A DNA stretch of 64,000 bases from assembly GCA_963822445.1 (NCBI GenBank), contig CAWGHO010000001.1, positions 1,120,001 through 1,184,000 on the forward strand, in the 5' to 3' direction. Positions within the stretch are counted from its first letter, which is position 1; every line of letters begins with the position of its first letter. The position numbers were made by a program, and so were the translations under genes. This document shows positions 9,070 through 19,645 of this stretch, piece by piece. The DNA is from an uncultured Acidobacteriota bacterium. Lineage in GTDB: Bacteria; Acidobacteriota; Thermoanaerobaculia; Gp7-AA8. The notes below the pieces were generated by a model. That model made no database searches and was not told where the DNA came from. It was given only the letters and a program-made list of their open reading frames with translations.

Positions 9070-10434
9070 ATGATTCACACCGACGCGCGCTCTCTCTCCG
9101 ACGCCTCCATCGACGATCTCGCCTACACGGCGGTCTTCAGCAGCAACGCCGAAGCGAAGGCCGAGGCTCGAAAGCAGATCCATCTTCGGGCGCGGCAGGC
9201 CGGCGCCGTCTCTTCCTCGATCTACCCGCTCTACCAGGCCCTCGGCCGCAACGAGATCGCCCAGAAATTCACGGTTCCCGCGTTCAACATCCGCGCGCTG
9301 ACTTACGACGTCGCCCGCGCCCTCTTCCGCGCGGCCATGCGCCACAAAGTCGGGCCGTTCATCTTCGAGATCGCCCGTTCCGAGATCGGCTACACCGAGC
9401 AGCGCCCCGGCGAGTACGCGGCGTGCGTTCTCGCGGCCGCGCTGGCCGAGGGATACAAAGGACCGGTCTTCATCCAGGGAGATCACTTCCAGGCCAGCGC
9501 GAAGAAGTGGGCCACCGAAGATGGGAAAAAGTCGGAGGTCAAGGCCCTCGAGTCGCTGATCGACGAGGCCATCGCCGCGGAGTTCTACAACATCGACATC
9601 GACACCTCGACGCTGGTCGATCTCGACTTCCCCACGCGCGACGAACAGCAGCGCGAGAACTACACCTACACCGCGCACTTCACGAAGTACATCCGCGAAC
9701 GGCAGCCGAAAGGCATCCACATTTCCATCGGCGGCGAGATCGGCGAAGTCGGCAAGTACAACACCCAGCCGGACGAGGTCCGCGCGTACATCGACGGCGT
9801 GAAGCGCGCCCTCGGCGGCGACCCGGGCATGGCCAAGATCTCCGTGCAGACCGGGACGTCGCACGGCGGCGTTCCGATGGCCGATGGCTCGATTGCCGAG
9901 GCAAAGATCGATTTCGCGGTGCTGCGCGAGACCACGAGAATCTGCCGCACCGAGTACGCCATCGCCGGCTCAGTGCAGCATGGCGCGTCGACCTTGCCCG
10001 AGGAAGTGTTCAACCGCTTCCCGGAGAACGACGCGGTGGAGATCCATCTCGCGACCGGGTTCCAGAACATGATCCTCGACGCGGAGACGCTCCCCGCGGA
10101 GATGAAGCAGGAGATCCGCGAGTTCTGCTTCGCCAACTGCGCCGACGAGCGCAAAGAGGGTGAGACCGACGAGCAGTTCGTCTACAAGACCCGCAAAAAG
10201 GCGATCGGCCCGTTCAAACAGCGGATGTGGGAACTGCCCGATTCAGCGAAGCAGCCGATCATCGACGCCATCGAGAAGAAGTTCGAGTTCCTGATGGACA
10301 AGCTCGGCGTCTACGACACGCGGAACCTGATCACGAAGTACGTGCCGGTCACGAGCACTGAGCTTCCCGAGTACGCGGCCGCGTCTGCAGAGCTGACGGC
10401 GGCTGCGCTCGTCGATCCGAATGAAGGGGAGTAG
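9070..10434 (+). CDS. Class II fructose/tagatose-bisphosphate aldolase family protein
   Basis: VPAFN, QGDHF, GGEIGEVG, GTSHGG and VQHGAS metal-binding motifs. Confidence 0.85.
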   Translation: MIHTDARSLSDASIDDLAYTAVFSSNAEAKAEARKQIHLRARQAGAVSSSIYPLYQALGRNEIAQKFTVPAFNIRALTYDVARALFRAAMRHKVGPFIFEIARSEIGYTEQRPGEYAACVLAAALAEGYKGPVFIQGDHFQASAKKWATEDGKKSEVKALESLIDEAIAAEFYNIDIDTSTLVDLDFPTRDEQQRENYTYTAHFTKYIRERQPKGIHISIGGEIGEVGKYNTQPDEVRAYIDGVKRALGGDPGMAKISVQTGTSHGGVPMADGSIAEAKIDFAVLRETTRICRTEYAIAGSVQHGASTLPEEVFNRFPENDAVEIHLATGFQNMILDAETLPAEMKQEIREFCFANCADERKEGETDEQFVYKTRKKAIGPFKQRMWELPDSAKQPIIDAIEKKFEFLMDKLGVYDTRNLITKYVPVTSTELPEYAAASAELTAAALVDPNEGE

Positions 10435-11329
10435 CGGCCACGGTATTGCGGCGGCGCTCGATCTCCACCCGATTCCGTCCGTTCGCTTTGGCGCGGTAGA
10501 GAGCCTGATCGGCGGCGCGGTACAGATCGTCCGCGTTCCCGACGTTGAAGTGCGGAACGCTGGCGAGGCCGATGCTGACCGTGACCTGGTGCTCCTGCGC
10601 GCCCATCGGAATCAGCGCGGTCGCGATCGTGGCGCGCAGCTTCTCGGCGAACTGCAACCCTTCGAATAAGGCCGTCTCCGGGAGCAGCACGGCGAACTCC
10701 TCGCCGCCGACGCGCGCGGCGTAATCAGTCTGGCGCGAGTGGGCAGCGATGAGCTCCGCGACGCCGCGCAGGATGGCGTCGCCGGCGTCGTGGCCGAAGT
10801 TGTCGTTCACGGCCTTGAAGTGATCGACGTCGATGACCGCCAGCGAAAGCGGCCGGTCGTAGCGGCGGGCATGGGCGAGCGCGGCCGGAAGATGCTCGTC
10901 GAAGGCGCGCCGGTTCCGGAGCGAAGTCAGCGCGTCGGTCATCGACAGCTCCTGAAGCTGCTTCTGCAAGGCCACGATGCGAGCGCCGGCGCGGATCCGC
11001 GCTTCGAGCTCGTCGAGCTTGAAGGGCTTGGTCACGTAGTCATCGGCTCCGCGCGCGAATCCGTCGAGCTTCGATTCATCGCGGTCGTCGCCGGTGAGAA
11101 CGATCAGGTACGAGTGCGGTTTGGCGGACCGGAGCTCGGCGCAGAGGTCGAGGCCGTCGCCGTCCGGAAGATGGCGATCGAGCAGCGCAATGTCCCAGTC
11201 TTCGATTTCGCGCGCGGCGGCCAGCGTCGTGGCCGGCCGCACGAGGTAGCCGGACCGCTCGAGACGACGGGAGAGCATGAGGACGACCGTGCGGTCATCC
11301 TCGACGAGGAGGATCTTTGTTGGGCTCAA
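10349..11329 (-). CDS. Response-regulator diguanylate cyclase (REC-GGDEF)
   Basis: REC domain (LLVEDD, LLDRHLPDGDG, KPF); TDALTSLRNRR, DVDHFKAVND, RQTD I-site, GGEEF. Confidence 0.93.
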   Translation of the reverse strand: MSPTKILLVEDDRTVVLMLSRRLERSGYLVRPATTLAAAREIEDWDIALLDRHLPDGDGLDLCAELRSAKPHSYLIVLTGDDRDESKLDGFARGADDYVTKPFKLDELEARIRAGARIVALQKQLQELSMTDALTSLRNRRAFDEHLPAALAHARRYDRPLSLAVIDVDHFKAVNDNFGHDAGDAILRGVAELIAAHSRQTDYAARVGGEEFAVLLPETALFEGLQFAEKLRATIATALIPMGAQEHQVTVSIGLASVPHFNVGNADDLYRAADQALYRAKANGRNRVEIERRRNTVAATPLHSDRRAQPPSALQTRPRTREAQCS

Positions 11330-11508
11330 GTGCTACAAATAACAATGCTTACCGTCCTGAATTCCGGATGTTCTGTCGGCGAAGGAGGGCAGAATCGGCG
11401 GCGAAAACGAGCCCAGCCGCAGACGTTTGAATTTGCTAGGTAGGCATCCGCCTCTCTGCGATAATCGCCGCTCCCAAAACCGCCCCTTCCCACGCCAGGA
11501 GATTCCTA

Positions 11509-14500
11509 ATGCACCGTTCCGCGTCGATTTTGCGCACGCTTGCGCTGTTTGCCGTTCTCGCCGTTGCCTCCGTCGCACAGGCGGTCTCGACCACCATGGT
11601 GATCAGTCAGTTTCAGGTCGCGGGAGGTACGGCCGCGGACGAGTTCGTCGAGCTGCACAACGTCAGCGGCAGCCCGATCGATCTGAACGGCTACCGGGTC
11701 GTCTACCGCTCGGCGGCCGGCGTCAGCGATGTCGCGGTGATCAACTGGACGACGACCACAACCGTCCCCGCCGGTGGCTACTACCTGATCGTGCACGCCA
11801 CCGGGTACGACAACGGCGTGACGGTTCCGGGCGACATCACGTTCCCCGGCGGCGGTACGGGCACGTTTGCGGCGGCCGGAGGCGGCTTTGCCTTGCGGCA
11901 GGGAGCTGCCAACACCGGCACCATCATCGATTCGGTCGGGTACGGCACGGCCACCAACGCGTTCGTGGAGTCGACCGTTGAGCCGGCGCCGGCGGCGAAC
12001 CAGAGCGCCGCGCGGCTGAATAGCGGCTGCACGGATACCGACAACAATGCGAATGATTTCGCGGTCCTCAATCCGGCCGTGCCGCGCAACTCCGGCACGA
12101 CGGCGTTCCTCTGCGCGCCGCCGCTTCCCAGCCTGACGATCGACAACGTCGGCGTCACAGAAGGGAACGCCGGCACGGTCGCGGCGATATTCACCGTGCA
12201 ACTGAGCGCGCCGGCCGGTCCCGGCGGTGTGACGTTCGACATCGCCACCGCGGACGGCACGGCCACCATCGCTGACAACGACTACGTCACCAAGTCGCTG
12301 ACTGGAGAGACGATCGCCGCTGGCAACAACAGCTACTCATTCACGGTCGACGTGAACGGCGACGTCGCCATCGAGAACACCGAGACCTTCTTCGTGAACG
12401 TCACCAACGTCGTCGGCGCGACCGTCGGCGACGGCCAGGGCCAGGGCACGATCACCAACGACGACTCGCCCACCCTCTCCATCGACGACGTCTCCCTGAA
12501 CGAGACCGATGCCGGCACGACCACCTTCACCTTCACGGTCTCGCTCTCGCAGGCGGCCGGCGCGGGCGGGGTCACGTTCGACGTCGCCACCGCGGACGGC
12601 ACGGCCACGGCCGGCACCGACTACGTCGAGATCACCACCACTCCGATGACCATCACCGTGGGCAACACGTCCGCGGTCGTCAACGTCACGGTCAACGGCG
12701 ACACGACCTTCGAGCCGGGCGAGACGTTCCTGGTCAACATCACCAACGTCACCGGCGCGACGGTCAACGACGGCCAGGGCCAGGGAACGATCGTCAACGA
12801 CGACATCAGCGTTTCCATCAACAGCGTTTCGAAAGCCGAAGGAAACGCCGGTACGACGATCTACAACTTCGTCGTCACCTTCAGCGAAGCACCTGGAGCC
12901 CGGACCGTCACCTTCGACATCGCCACCGCCGACGTGACCGCCACCGCGGGCACAGACTATGTCGCCAACGCCGCGACCGGAGTCAGCCTCACCGGCGCCA
13001 CCACCACCTACGCCTTCGACGTCACTGCCAACGGCGACGGCACATTCGAGCCGACGGAGACGTTCGCCGTAAACGTCACCAACATCACCGGCGGCAGCGC
13101 CCCTGACGGCACCACCAGCACCAGCGGCACCGGCACGATCACCAACGACGACGCCGCGCCCACCTTCGCCATCGACGACGTGAAGGTCATCGAGGGCAAC
13201 GCCGGCACGAGCCTGATGACCTTCACGGTCACGCTCGCCAGCGCATCGACCAACCCCTCGTCGGTCGACTACCTCACCTCCGACATCAGCGCGACCGTGG
13301 CCGACAGCGACTACGTCACCGCGAGCGGCACGCTCAACTTCGCCGCGGGAGACGTCTCCGAAACGTTCACCGTCACGATCAACGGCGACACCAACATCGA
13401 GGGCGACGAGGACTTCCTGGTCACGCTCTCGAACCCGGTCGGCGCCACGATCGCGGACAGCACGGGCCTCGGCGTGATCGGCATCGACGACGCGTTCAGC
13501 ATCGCTGCCGTCAATACGCCTTTCACCCAGAACTTCGATGTCCTCTCGGCCGATGACACGGCCGGCGTCCGCGCCGCCACCACGCCCGCCGCCTGGACGT
13601 TCGACGAGAACGGCACCGGCGTGAACGTGACCTACCGCCCGAGCGACGGCTCTTCCAACACCGGCAATGCCGGCGACACCTACAGCCTCGGCAGCACCGG
13701 CTCGTCCGACCGCGCATTCGGCGCGCTCGCCAGCAACGCCGTGCAGGCCACCCTCGGCGGCTACTTCCGCAACGACACCGGCGAAACCATCACCACCCTC
13801 TCCATCGCCTACACCGGCGAGCAGTGGCGTCTCGGCACCGCCGACGCGATCGCCGACCGCCTCGACTTCGCGTACAGCACCGACGCAACGACGCTCGACA
13901 GCGGGACGTGGACCGAGGTCAATTCGCTCGACTTCACCAGCCCCACCGCGACGCCCGCGGGTCCGCTCGATGGCAACGCCGTCGCCAATCGCACCCCCGT
14001 CGGTTACACGATCGCCGGCCTGTCGCTCGCCCCGGGCGCGACGATCTGGCTGCGCTGGGTCGATCCGAACATCAGCGGCAACGACGACTCCCTCGGCATC
14101 GACGACTTCTCGATCATCGCCAACATCGCCGGCGGCGTGCTGACCATCGACGACGTCACCCTCGTCGAAGGCGACGGCGTGGGCACCGTCAACTTCGTCT
14201 TCACGGTCTCCCTCACCCAGCCCGCGGGTCCCGGCGGCGTCAGCTTCGACATCACCACCGCCGACAACACCGCCACGGCGGGATCGGATTACGTCACCAA
14301 CACCCTGACCGGCCAGGTCATCCCCGAGGGACAGAGCACCTACCAGTTCACGGTCGTGGTGAACAGCGATGACACGGAGGAGCCCAGCGAGACCTTCTTC
14401 GTCAACGTCACCAACGTCGGAGGGGCGACGCTCAGCGACGGCCAGGGCATCGGCACGATCGCCAGCGACGACTTCACCTTCACCCGCATTCACACGATCC

Positions 14501-17500
14501 AGGGCAGCGGCCTGCAGTCGCCGCTCAACGGCTCCACCGTCACCGTCGAAGGCATCGTCACCGGCATCAAGTCCGGCGGCAGCGGCGGCTTCTTCGTGCA
14601 GGAACAGGTCGCCGACTACGACGTCGACCCGCTCACTTCCGAAGGCATCTTCGTCTTCACCGGCGGCTCGAATCCGCCGTCCGTCGTGATCGGCAACCTC
14701 GTCGCCGTCACCGGCACGGTCAGCGAGTTCCCCTCCTCGGCGAACCCGCACACGGTCACCGAGCTCGCGGGCACGGTCTCCGTCGACCTGCTTTCCGGCG
14801 TGCAGCAACCGCTTCCCGCCGCGGTCGTGCTCACGACTGCCGACGGCGCGCCGAGCAGCAATCTTTCGCAGTACGAGGCCTACGAAGGCATGCGCGTCTC
14901 CGCGACACTCACCGTCGTCGCGCCGACCGACGGCTCCATCGACGAGAACGACGCCACCTCGAGCAGCAACGGCGTCTTCTACGGCGTGATCGCCGGCAAC
15001 CCGCGGCCGTTCCGCGAGCCGGGCATCGAGCAGACCTACACCATTCCGCCGGAGGCCGCCTGCGCGGCCTGCATCGACCGCTTCGACGAGAACCCGGAGA
15101 AGATCCGCGTCGACAGCGACAACCAGCCCGGCGCCACGCAGCTCAACGTCGTCGCCGGCCAGACCGTCTCGAACCTGGTCGGACCGCTGGACTACGGGTT
15201 CTTCGAATACACGCTGCTGCCCGAGGCCGAGACGGTGCCGATCGTCTCCGGCGACAGCACCGCCGACCCGGTTCCGACGCCGCTCCTGACCGAGCTGACG
15301 GTTGCCGGCTTCAACCTGTTCCACTTCTTCGACAACGCCGATGATCCGGACGTCAGCGACGTCGTCCTGACCGTGACCGCGTACAACAACCGGTTGAACA
15401 AGGCCTCGCTGGCCATCCGCAACATCCTTCAGACGCCGGACGTGATCGGCGTGATCGAAGTCGACAACGTCAACACGCTGCAGGCACTGGCCACCAAGAT
15501 CAACACCGACACTGCCGGCGTCACGAACTACTTCGCCTACCTCGAGGAAGGAAACGACGTCGGCGGCATCGATGTCGGCTTCCTCGTCGATCTGAACCGC
15601 GTGACCGTGCAGGCTGTCACCCAGATCGGCAAGGACACGACCTGGATCAATCCGCACACCGGCCTGCAGGATTCGTCGGAGCTGAACGACCGGCCGTCGC
15701 TGGTCCTGGAAGCTTCCATCGTCCGCCCCGACCTCACGCAGTACGAGTTCGTGGTCATCGTGAACCACCTCCGCTCGCTCATCGGCATCGAAGAGGACAG
15801 TTCCGGCGGCCGCCGCGTCCGCGCGAAACGCGCCGCGCAGGCCGAGTTCCTGGCCAGCTACGTTCAGGGCCGTCAGGTCGCCGATCCGACCGAGCGGATC
15901 ATCCTCGTCGGCGACTTCAACGCCTTCGAAGTGAACGACGGCTTCGTCGACGTCATGGGCACGATCAAGGGATCGCCCGCTCCCGCGACCGAGGTCGTCG
16001 AGCCGACCGACGATCTGGTGAACCCCAATCTGACCAACCTCATCGAGACGTTGCCTGCCGATCAGCGCTACACCTACGTTTTCGACGGCAACGCTCAGGC
16101 AATCGATCACGCGCTCGTGAACGCGGCCATGCTGCCTTCGGTCTCGCAGTTCGTCGTCGCGCACCTCGACGCCGACTTCCCGGTCATCTTCTACGGCGAT
16201 TCCGCCCGTCCGGAGCGGCTCGCCGATCACGACGCGACGGTTTCGTACTTCGACCTCACCCCGCTGCCGCAGATCTCCATCGGCGATACCTCGGTGACGG
16301 AAGGCCAGTCGGGCACGACCGTGATGACTTTCACCGTCACGCTCAGCGACCCGGCGGCCACGACGGTGACCGTCGACTACACCACCGCGAACGGTACGGC
16401 CACGGCCGGCTCCGATTACACCGCGGAGAGCGGCACGGTGACGTTCGTGCCCGGCGACCAGTCCGAGACCATCACCATCGACGTGAGCGGCGACCTGCTG
16501 CTCGAGACCGACGAGACTCTCACCGTCACGCTGAGCAACGCATCCGTCACGGCGATGATCAACGACGGCACGGCCACGGGCACGATCCTCAACGATGACG
16601 TCCCGTCGGGCATCTCCATCGCGGACAACTCCGTCGCTGAAGGCAACTCCGGCACGACCCCGTTGACGTTCACCGTCACGCTGGCCAACCCGGTTCCGCA
16701 GACGGTGACGGTCGACTACACGACGTCGAACGGCACGGCCACGGCCGGCTCGGATTACGTCGCCGAGAGCGGCACGATCACCTTCCTGGCGAACGATCAG
16801 TCCGAGACCATCACCATCGACGTGAACGGCGACCTGCTCCTCGAGAGCGACGAGACGTTCACCATCACGTTGAGCAACCCCTCCCCCACGGCCACGCTCA
16901 CCGACGGATCGGCCACCGGAACCATCACCAATGACGACGTGGCCTCGGGCATCGTCATCGGCGACGTCTCCCAGGCCGAAGGCAATGCCGGCACGACCGC
17001 GATGACGTTCACCGTCACCCTGGCCAACCCGGTTCCGGAGCCGGTGGTCCTCAACTACACGACCTCCAACGGAACGGCCATCGCCGGAACGGACTACGTT
17101 GCGGAAAGCGGCACCATCACCTTCGTCGCGAACGACCAGTCCGAGACGATCACTATCGACATCAACGGCGACACCGATTTCGAAGCCGATGAGACCTTCA
17201 CGGTGACGCTGAGCAATGCGCCGCCGACCACGGTCATCAACGACGGCACGGCCACCGGCACGATCCTCAACGATGACGTGCCCTCGGGCATGTTCATCAG
17301 CGACTCCTCGGCCACGGAGACCAATGCCGGAACGACGACGATGACCTTCACCGTTTCGCTGGCAAACCCGGTCGGCTCGACGGTGACCGTGGACTACACG
17401 ACGTCGGACGGAACGGCCACCGCCGGTTCGGATTACGTCGCCCAGAGCGGCACGCTGACGTTCGTGGCCGGCGACCAGTCGGAGCAGATCGTGATCACCG

Positions 17501-18081
17501 TCAACGGCGACGTGATGTTCGAGGCCGACGAGACGTTCACCGTCACGCTCTCCAACGCCACGGCGACGACCACGATCAGCGACGCGACCGCAACCGGCAC
17601 GATCATCAACGACGACGGAGCCGTTGCCGATCTCACGCTGACCATGTCCAGCTCTCCGGCCAATCCCGCACCAGGCACCAACGTGACCTACACGCTGGTG
17701 GTGACGAACAACGGCCCGCAGCCGGCGACGGGCGTGGTCGTGACGGACGACCTGCCGGACGGCATGGCCTTCGTCTCCGCCAACACCACCCAGGGCACGT
17801 GCACGGGCACGGATCCCGTGCAGTGCAACGTCGGAATCCTCGGCGTCGGCCAGTCAGCGACGATCACGATCGTGGCGCAGCTCCCCTCCAACCCGGGCGG
17901 CGCTTACGTCAACACAGCCACCGCGGACGCCAACGAGAACGACACCACCGCGGCCGCCGCGACCGTAACGATCACCTTCCCCTCACACGGCGAGGCGCAC
18001 ATCCCGACGCTGTCGGAGTGGATGCTGATCATGCTGGCGCTGATGCTCGCCGCGCTGGCAGCCGCGAAGTTGAAGATGTAG
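11509..18081 (+). CDS. Large surface protein: lamin-tail domain, 9 Calx-beta repeats, OB-fold + ExeM/NucH-like EEP nuclease, DUF11, IPTL-CTERM
   Basis: Signal peptide; VISQF...DEFVELHN (LTD); repeated SI.D.SV.EGN...TATAGSDY...TGTI.NDD units; IHTIQGSG.QSP, SEGIFVF, NHLRS, GDFNA, IDHAL, ADHD (nuclease); C-terminal IPTLSEWMLIMLALML. Confidence 0.9.
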   Translation: MHRSASILRTLALFAVLAVASVAQAVSTTMVISQFQVAGGTAADEFVELHNVSGSPIDLNGYRVVYRSAAGVSDVAVINWTTTTTVPAGGYYLIVHATGYDNGVTVPGDITFPGGGTGTFAAAGGGFALRQGAANTGTIIDSVGYGTATNAFVESTVEPAPAANQSAARLNSGCTDTDNNANDFAVLNPAVPRNSGTTAFLCAPPLPSLTIDNVGVTEGNAGTVAAIFTVQLSAPAGPGGVTFDIATADGTATIADNDYVTKSLTGETIAAGNNSYSFTVDVNGDVAIENTETFFVNVTNVVGATVGDGQGQGTITNDDSPTLSIDDVSLNETDAGTTTFTFTVSLSQAAGAGGVTFDVATADGTATAGTDYVEITTTPMTITVGNTSAVVNVTVNGDTTFEPGETFLVNITNVTGATVNDGQGQGTIVNDDISVSINSVSKAEGNAGTTIYNFVVTFSEAPGARTVTFDIATADVTATAGTDYVANAATGVSLTGATTTYAFDVTANGDGTFEPTETFAVNVTNITGGSAPDGTTSTSGTGTITNDDAAPTFAIDDVKVIEGNAGTSLMTFTVTLASASTNPSSVDYLTSDISATVADSDYVTASGTLNFAAGDVSETFTVTINGDTNIEGDEDFLVTLSNPVGATIADSTGLGVIGIDDAFSIAAVNTPFTQNFDVLSADDTAGVRAATTPAAWTFDENGTGVNVTYRPSDGSSNTGNAGDTYSLGSTGSSDRAFGALASNAVQATLGGYFRNDTGETITTLSIAYTGEQWRLGTADAIADRLDFAYSTDATTLDSGTWTEVNSLDFTSPTATPAGPLDGNAVANRTPVGYTIAGLSLAPGATIWLRWVDPNISGNDDSLGIDDFSIIANIAGGVLTIDDVTLVEGDGVGTVNFVFTVSLTQPAGPGGVSFDITTADNTATAGSDYVTNTLTGQVIPEGQSTYQFTVVVNSDDTEEPSETFFVNVTNVGGATLSDGQGIGTIASDDFTFTRIHTIQGSGLQSPLNGSTVTVEGIVTGIKSGGSGGFFVQEQVADYDVDPLTSEGIFVFTGGSNPPSVVIGNLVAVTGTVSEFPSSANPHTVTELAGTVSVDLLSGVQQPLPAAVVLTTADGAPSSNLSQYEAYEGMRVSATLTVVAPTDGSIDENDATSSSNGVFYGVIAGNPRPFREPGIEQTYTIPPEAACAACIDRFDENPEKIRVDSDNQPGATQLNVVAGQTVSNLVGPLDYGFFEYTLLPEAETVPIVSGDSTADPVPTPLLTELTVAGFNLFHFFDNADDPDVSDVVLTVTAYNNRLNKASLAIRNILQTPDVIGVIEVDNVNTLQALATKINTDTAGVTNYFAYLEEGNDVGGIDVGFLVDLNRVTVQAVTQIGKDTTWINPHTGLQDSSELNDRPSLVLEASIVRPDLTQYEFVVIVNHLRSLIGIEEDSSGGRRVRAKRAAQAEFLASYVQGRQVADPTERIILVGDFNAFEVNDGFVDVMGTIKGSPAPATEVVEPTDDLVNPNLTNLIETLPADQRYTYVFDGNAQAIDHALVNAAMLPSVSQFVVAHLDADFPVIFYGDSARPERLADHDATVSYFDLTPLPQISIGDTSVTEGQSGTTVMTFTVTLSDPAATTVTVDYTTANGTATAGSDYTAESGTVTFVPGDQSETITIDVSGDLLLETDETLTVTLSNASVTAMINDGTATGTILNDDVPSGISIADNSVAEGNSGTTPLTFTVTLANPVPQTVTVDYTTSNGTATAGSDYVAESGTITFLANDQSETITIDVNGDLLLESDETFTITLSNPSPTATLTDGSATGTITNDDVASGIVIGDVSQAEGNAGTTAMTFTVTLANPVPEPVVLNYTTSNGTAIAGTDYVAESGTITFVANDQSETITIDINGDTDFEADETFTVTLSNAPPTTVINDGTATGTILNDDVPSGMFISDSSATETNAGTTTMTFTVSLANPVGSTVTVDYTTSDGTATAGSDYVAQSGTLTFVAGDQSEQIVITVNGDVMFEADETFTVTLSNATATTTISDATATGTIINDDGAVADLTLTMSSSPANPAPGTNVTYTLVVTNNGPQPATGVVVTDDLPDGMAFVSANTTQGTCTGTDPVQCNVGILGVGQSATITIVAQLPSNPGGAYVNTATADANENDTTAAAATVTITFPSHGEAHIPTLSEWMLIMLALMLAALAAAKLKM

Positions 18082-18085
18082 AACT

Positions 18086-18161
18086 GGTTGTCGGGTTGTC
18101 AGGTAGTCGGGTTGTCGGGTTTTCACCTGACAACCTGACAACCCTGACAACCCGGCAACCC
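18086..18161. repeat. Inverted octamer tandem-repeat element (GGTTGTCR)n / (YGACAACC)n between convergent genes; possible terminator
   Basis: ggttgtcg ggttgtca ggtagtcg ggttgtcg ggtt ... cctgacaa cctgacaa ccctgacaa cccggcaa ccc. Confidence 0.85.
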
Positions 18162-19526
18162 CTACTCCGGCCGCACGATCCCCAGCGCGGTCATCTTCTC
18201 GTGCAGGTAGGTCCGCTGGATGTCCAGCAGTTGCGCGGCCTTGCTCACGTTCCAGTTCGTGCGGCGCAGCACGGCCTCGATGTACTCCTTCTCGCACTGC
18301 GCCTTGAAATCGCGCAGGGCCATCACCGAGGCGGTGTCCGAGACGCGGACGATGCCGTGCTCGGCGAGTCCCTGGCCGGTGATGATGGCCGTCGGAAGCT
18401 GCTCGACGGTCAGCGGATCGATCCCGAATACCGATAACCGTTCGGCCAGATTGCGCAGCTCGCGCACGTTGCCCGGCCATTCGTACGCGCTCAGCGCGTC
18501 GTAAACCTCGCGCTCGACCGACAGCGGCACGCGCTGGTTCTTCGCGCAGAACTGCTGCAGGAACGTGGTGAAGAGCAGCGGTACATCCTCGCGGCGCTCG
18601 CGCAGCGGCGGAACGTCGATCGGTACCGGGGACAGACGGAAGAAGAGGTCGTCGCGAAACTTCCCTTCCTTCGCGAGCGATTGGAGATCGCGATGCGTCG
18701 CCGCAATCACGCGCACGTTGACCGCGCGATCCTGCGTCTCGCCGATCCGCCGCGACCGCCCATCCTCGAGCACGCGCAGCAATCGCGATTGAAGAGCCGG
18801 TTCCATGTCGCCGATCTCGTCGAGAAACAGCGTCCCGCCGTCGGCCTCCTCGAACAAGCCGCGCTTGGCCGTTTTCGCATCGGTGAACGCGCCGCGGGCA
18901 TGGCCGAACAGCTCATCCTCGATCAGATGCGAGGGAATGGCCGCGCAATTGAGCTTGATGAACGGCTTCGACGATCGCCGCGACAATCGATGCAGCGCGT
19001 TGGCGACGAGCTCTTTCCCCGTCCCGCTCTCCCCCCGAATCAGCACGCGCGCCTCGGTCGGCGCGACTTTCTCGATCGCCGCGCGCAAGGCCTGCATCGA
19101 CTCGGCATTGCCAACCAGCTGCTGATCGCGCGACCGCAGCTCGCCCACCTGCCGCCGCAGTGCCGAAGCTTCGAGGCAGTTGCGAACGGACTTCATCAGC
19201 CTCTCGCGGCTGAAGGGCTTGTCGATGAAGTCGTGGACGCCGAGGCGGATCGCTTCGACGGTCTCGGCCATCGAGGCCTCGCCGGAGATCACGATCGCCG
19301 GCGGCATGGCGTCGCCCATCACCCGCACCAGGTCGATGCCGCTCATGCCCGGCAACCGGACGTCGACCATGGCCATGTCCGGCTGCACCTGCCGCGCGTC
19401 GCGCAGATACGCGAGCGCATCCTCGGCCGCACGAAATCCGACGACGCCGTAGCCTTCCTCGCGGAGGCGGAGCGTCGTGTTCGCGGCGATCTTTTCGTCG
19501 TCTTCGACCAGGAGGATCAGCTGCAC
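18162..19526 (-). CDS. Sigma54-dependent response regulator (NtrC/NtrX-like)
   Basis: REC domain; GESGTGKE, GAFTDA (GAFTGA variant), LFLDEIG, WPGNVREL; Fis-type HTH. GTG start at 19526 preceded by GGAG. Confidence 0.93.
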   Translation of the reverse strand: MQLILLVEDDEKIAANTTLRLREEGYGVVGFRAAEDALAYLRDARQVQPDMAMVDVRLPGMSGIDLVRVMGDAMPPAIVISGEASMAETVEAIRLGVHDFIDKPFSRERLMKSVRNCLEASALRRQVGELRSRDQQLVGNAESMQALRAAIEKVAPTEARVLIRGESGTGKELVANALHRLSRRSSKPFIKLNCAAIPSHLIEDELFGHARGAFTDAKTAKRGLFEEADGGTLFLDEIGDMEPALQSRLLRVLEDGRSRRIGETQDRAVNVRVIAATHRDLQSLAKEGKFRDDLFFRLSPVPIDVPPLRERREDVPLLFTTFLQQFCAKNQRVPLSVEREVYDALSAYEWPGNVRELRNLAERLSVFGIDPLTVEQLPTAIITGQGLAEHGIVRVSDTASVMALRDFKAQCEKEYIEAVLRRTNWNVSKAAQLLDIQRTYLHEKMTALGIVRPE

Positions 19527-19539
19527 GGCGTATCTCCGA

Positions 19540-19645
19540 AGGCCGGCGGGGACGCCGGCGCAACAGCCGGCGGGACGCCGGCGCTCCGAAAGGCGCTGGA
19601 GCGCCGGCGTCCTCGCCGGCTGGTCCGCCGGCGTCCCGCCGGCCT
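19540..19645. repeat. REP cluster (GCCGGCGGGACGCCGGCG units in inverted doublets)
   Basis: Two forward and two reverse-complement copies of GCCGGCGGGACGCCGGCG(CTCC) between the kinase and regulator genes. Confidence 0.85.

Noticed and set aside
12337-16230. 1297-aa antisense ORF, and similar long ORFs (1542-4373, 4343-6196, 37551-38951 and others)
   Set aside because: Shadow ORFs opposite well-supported genes, expected from high-GC codon bias; no recognisable motifs.
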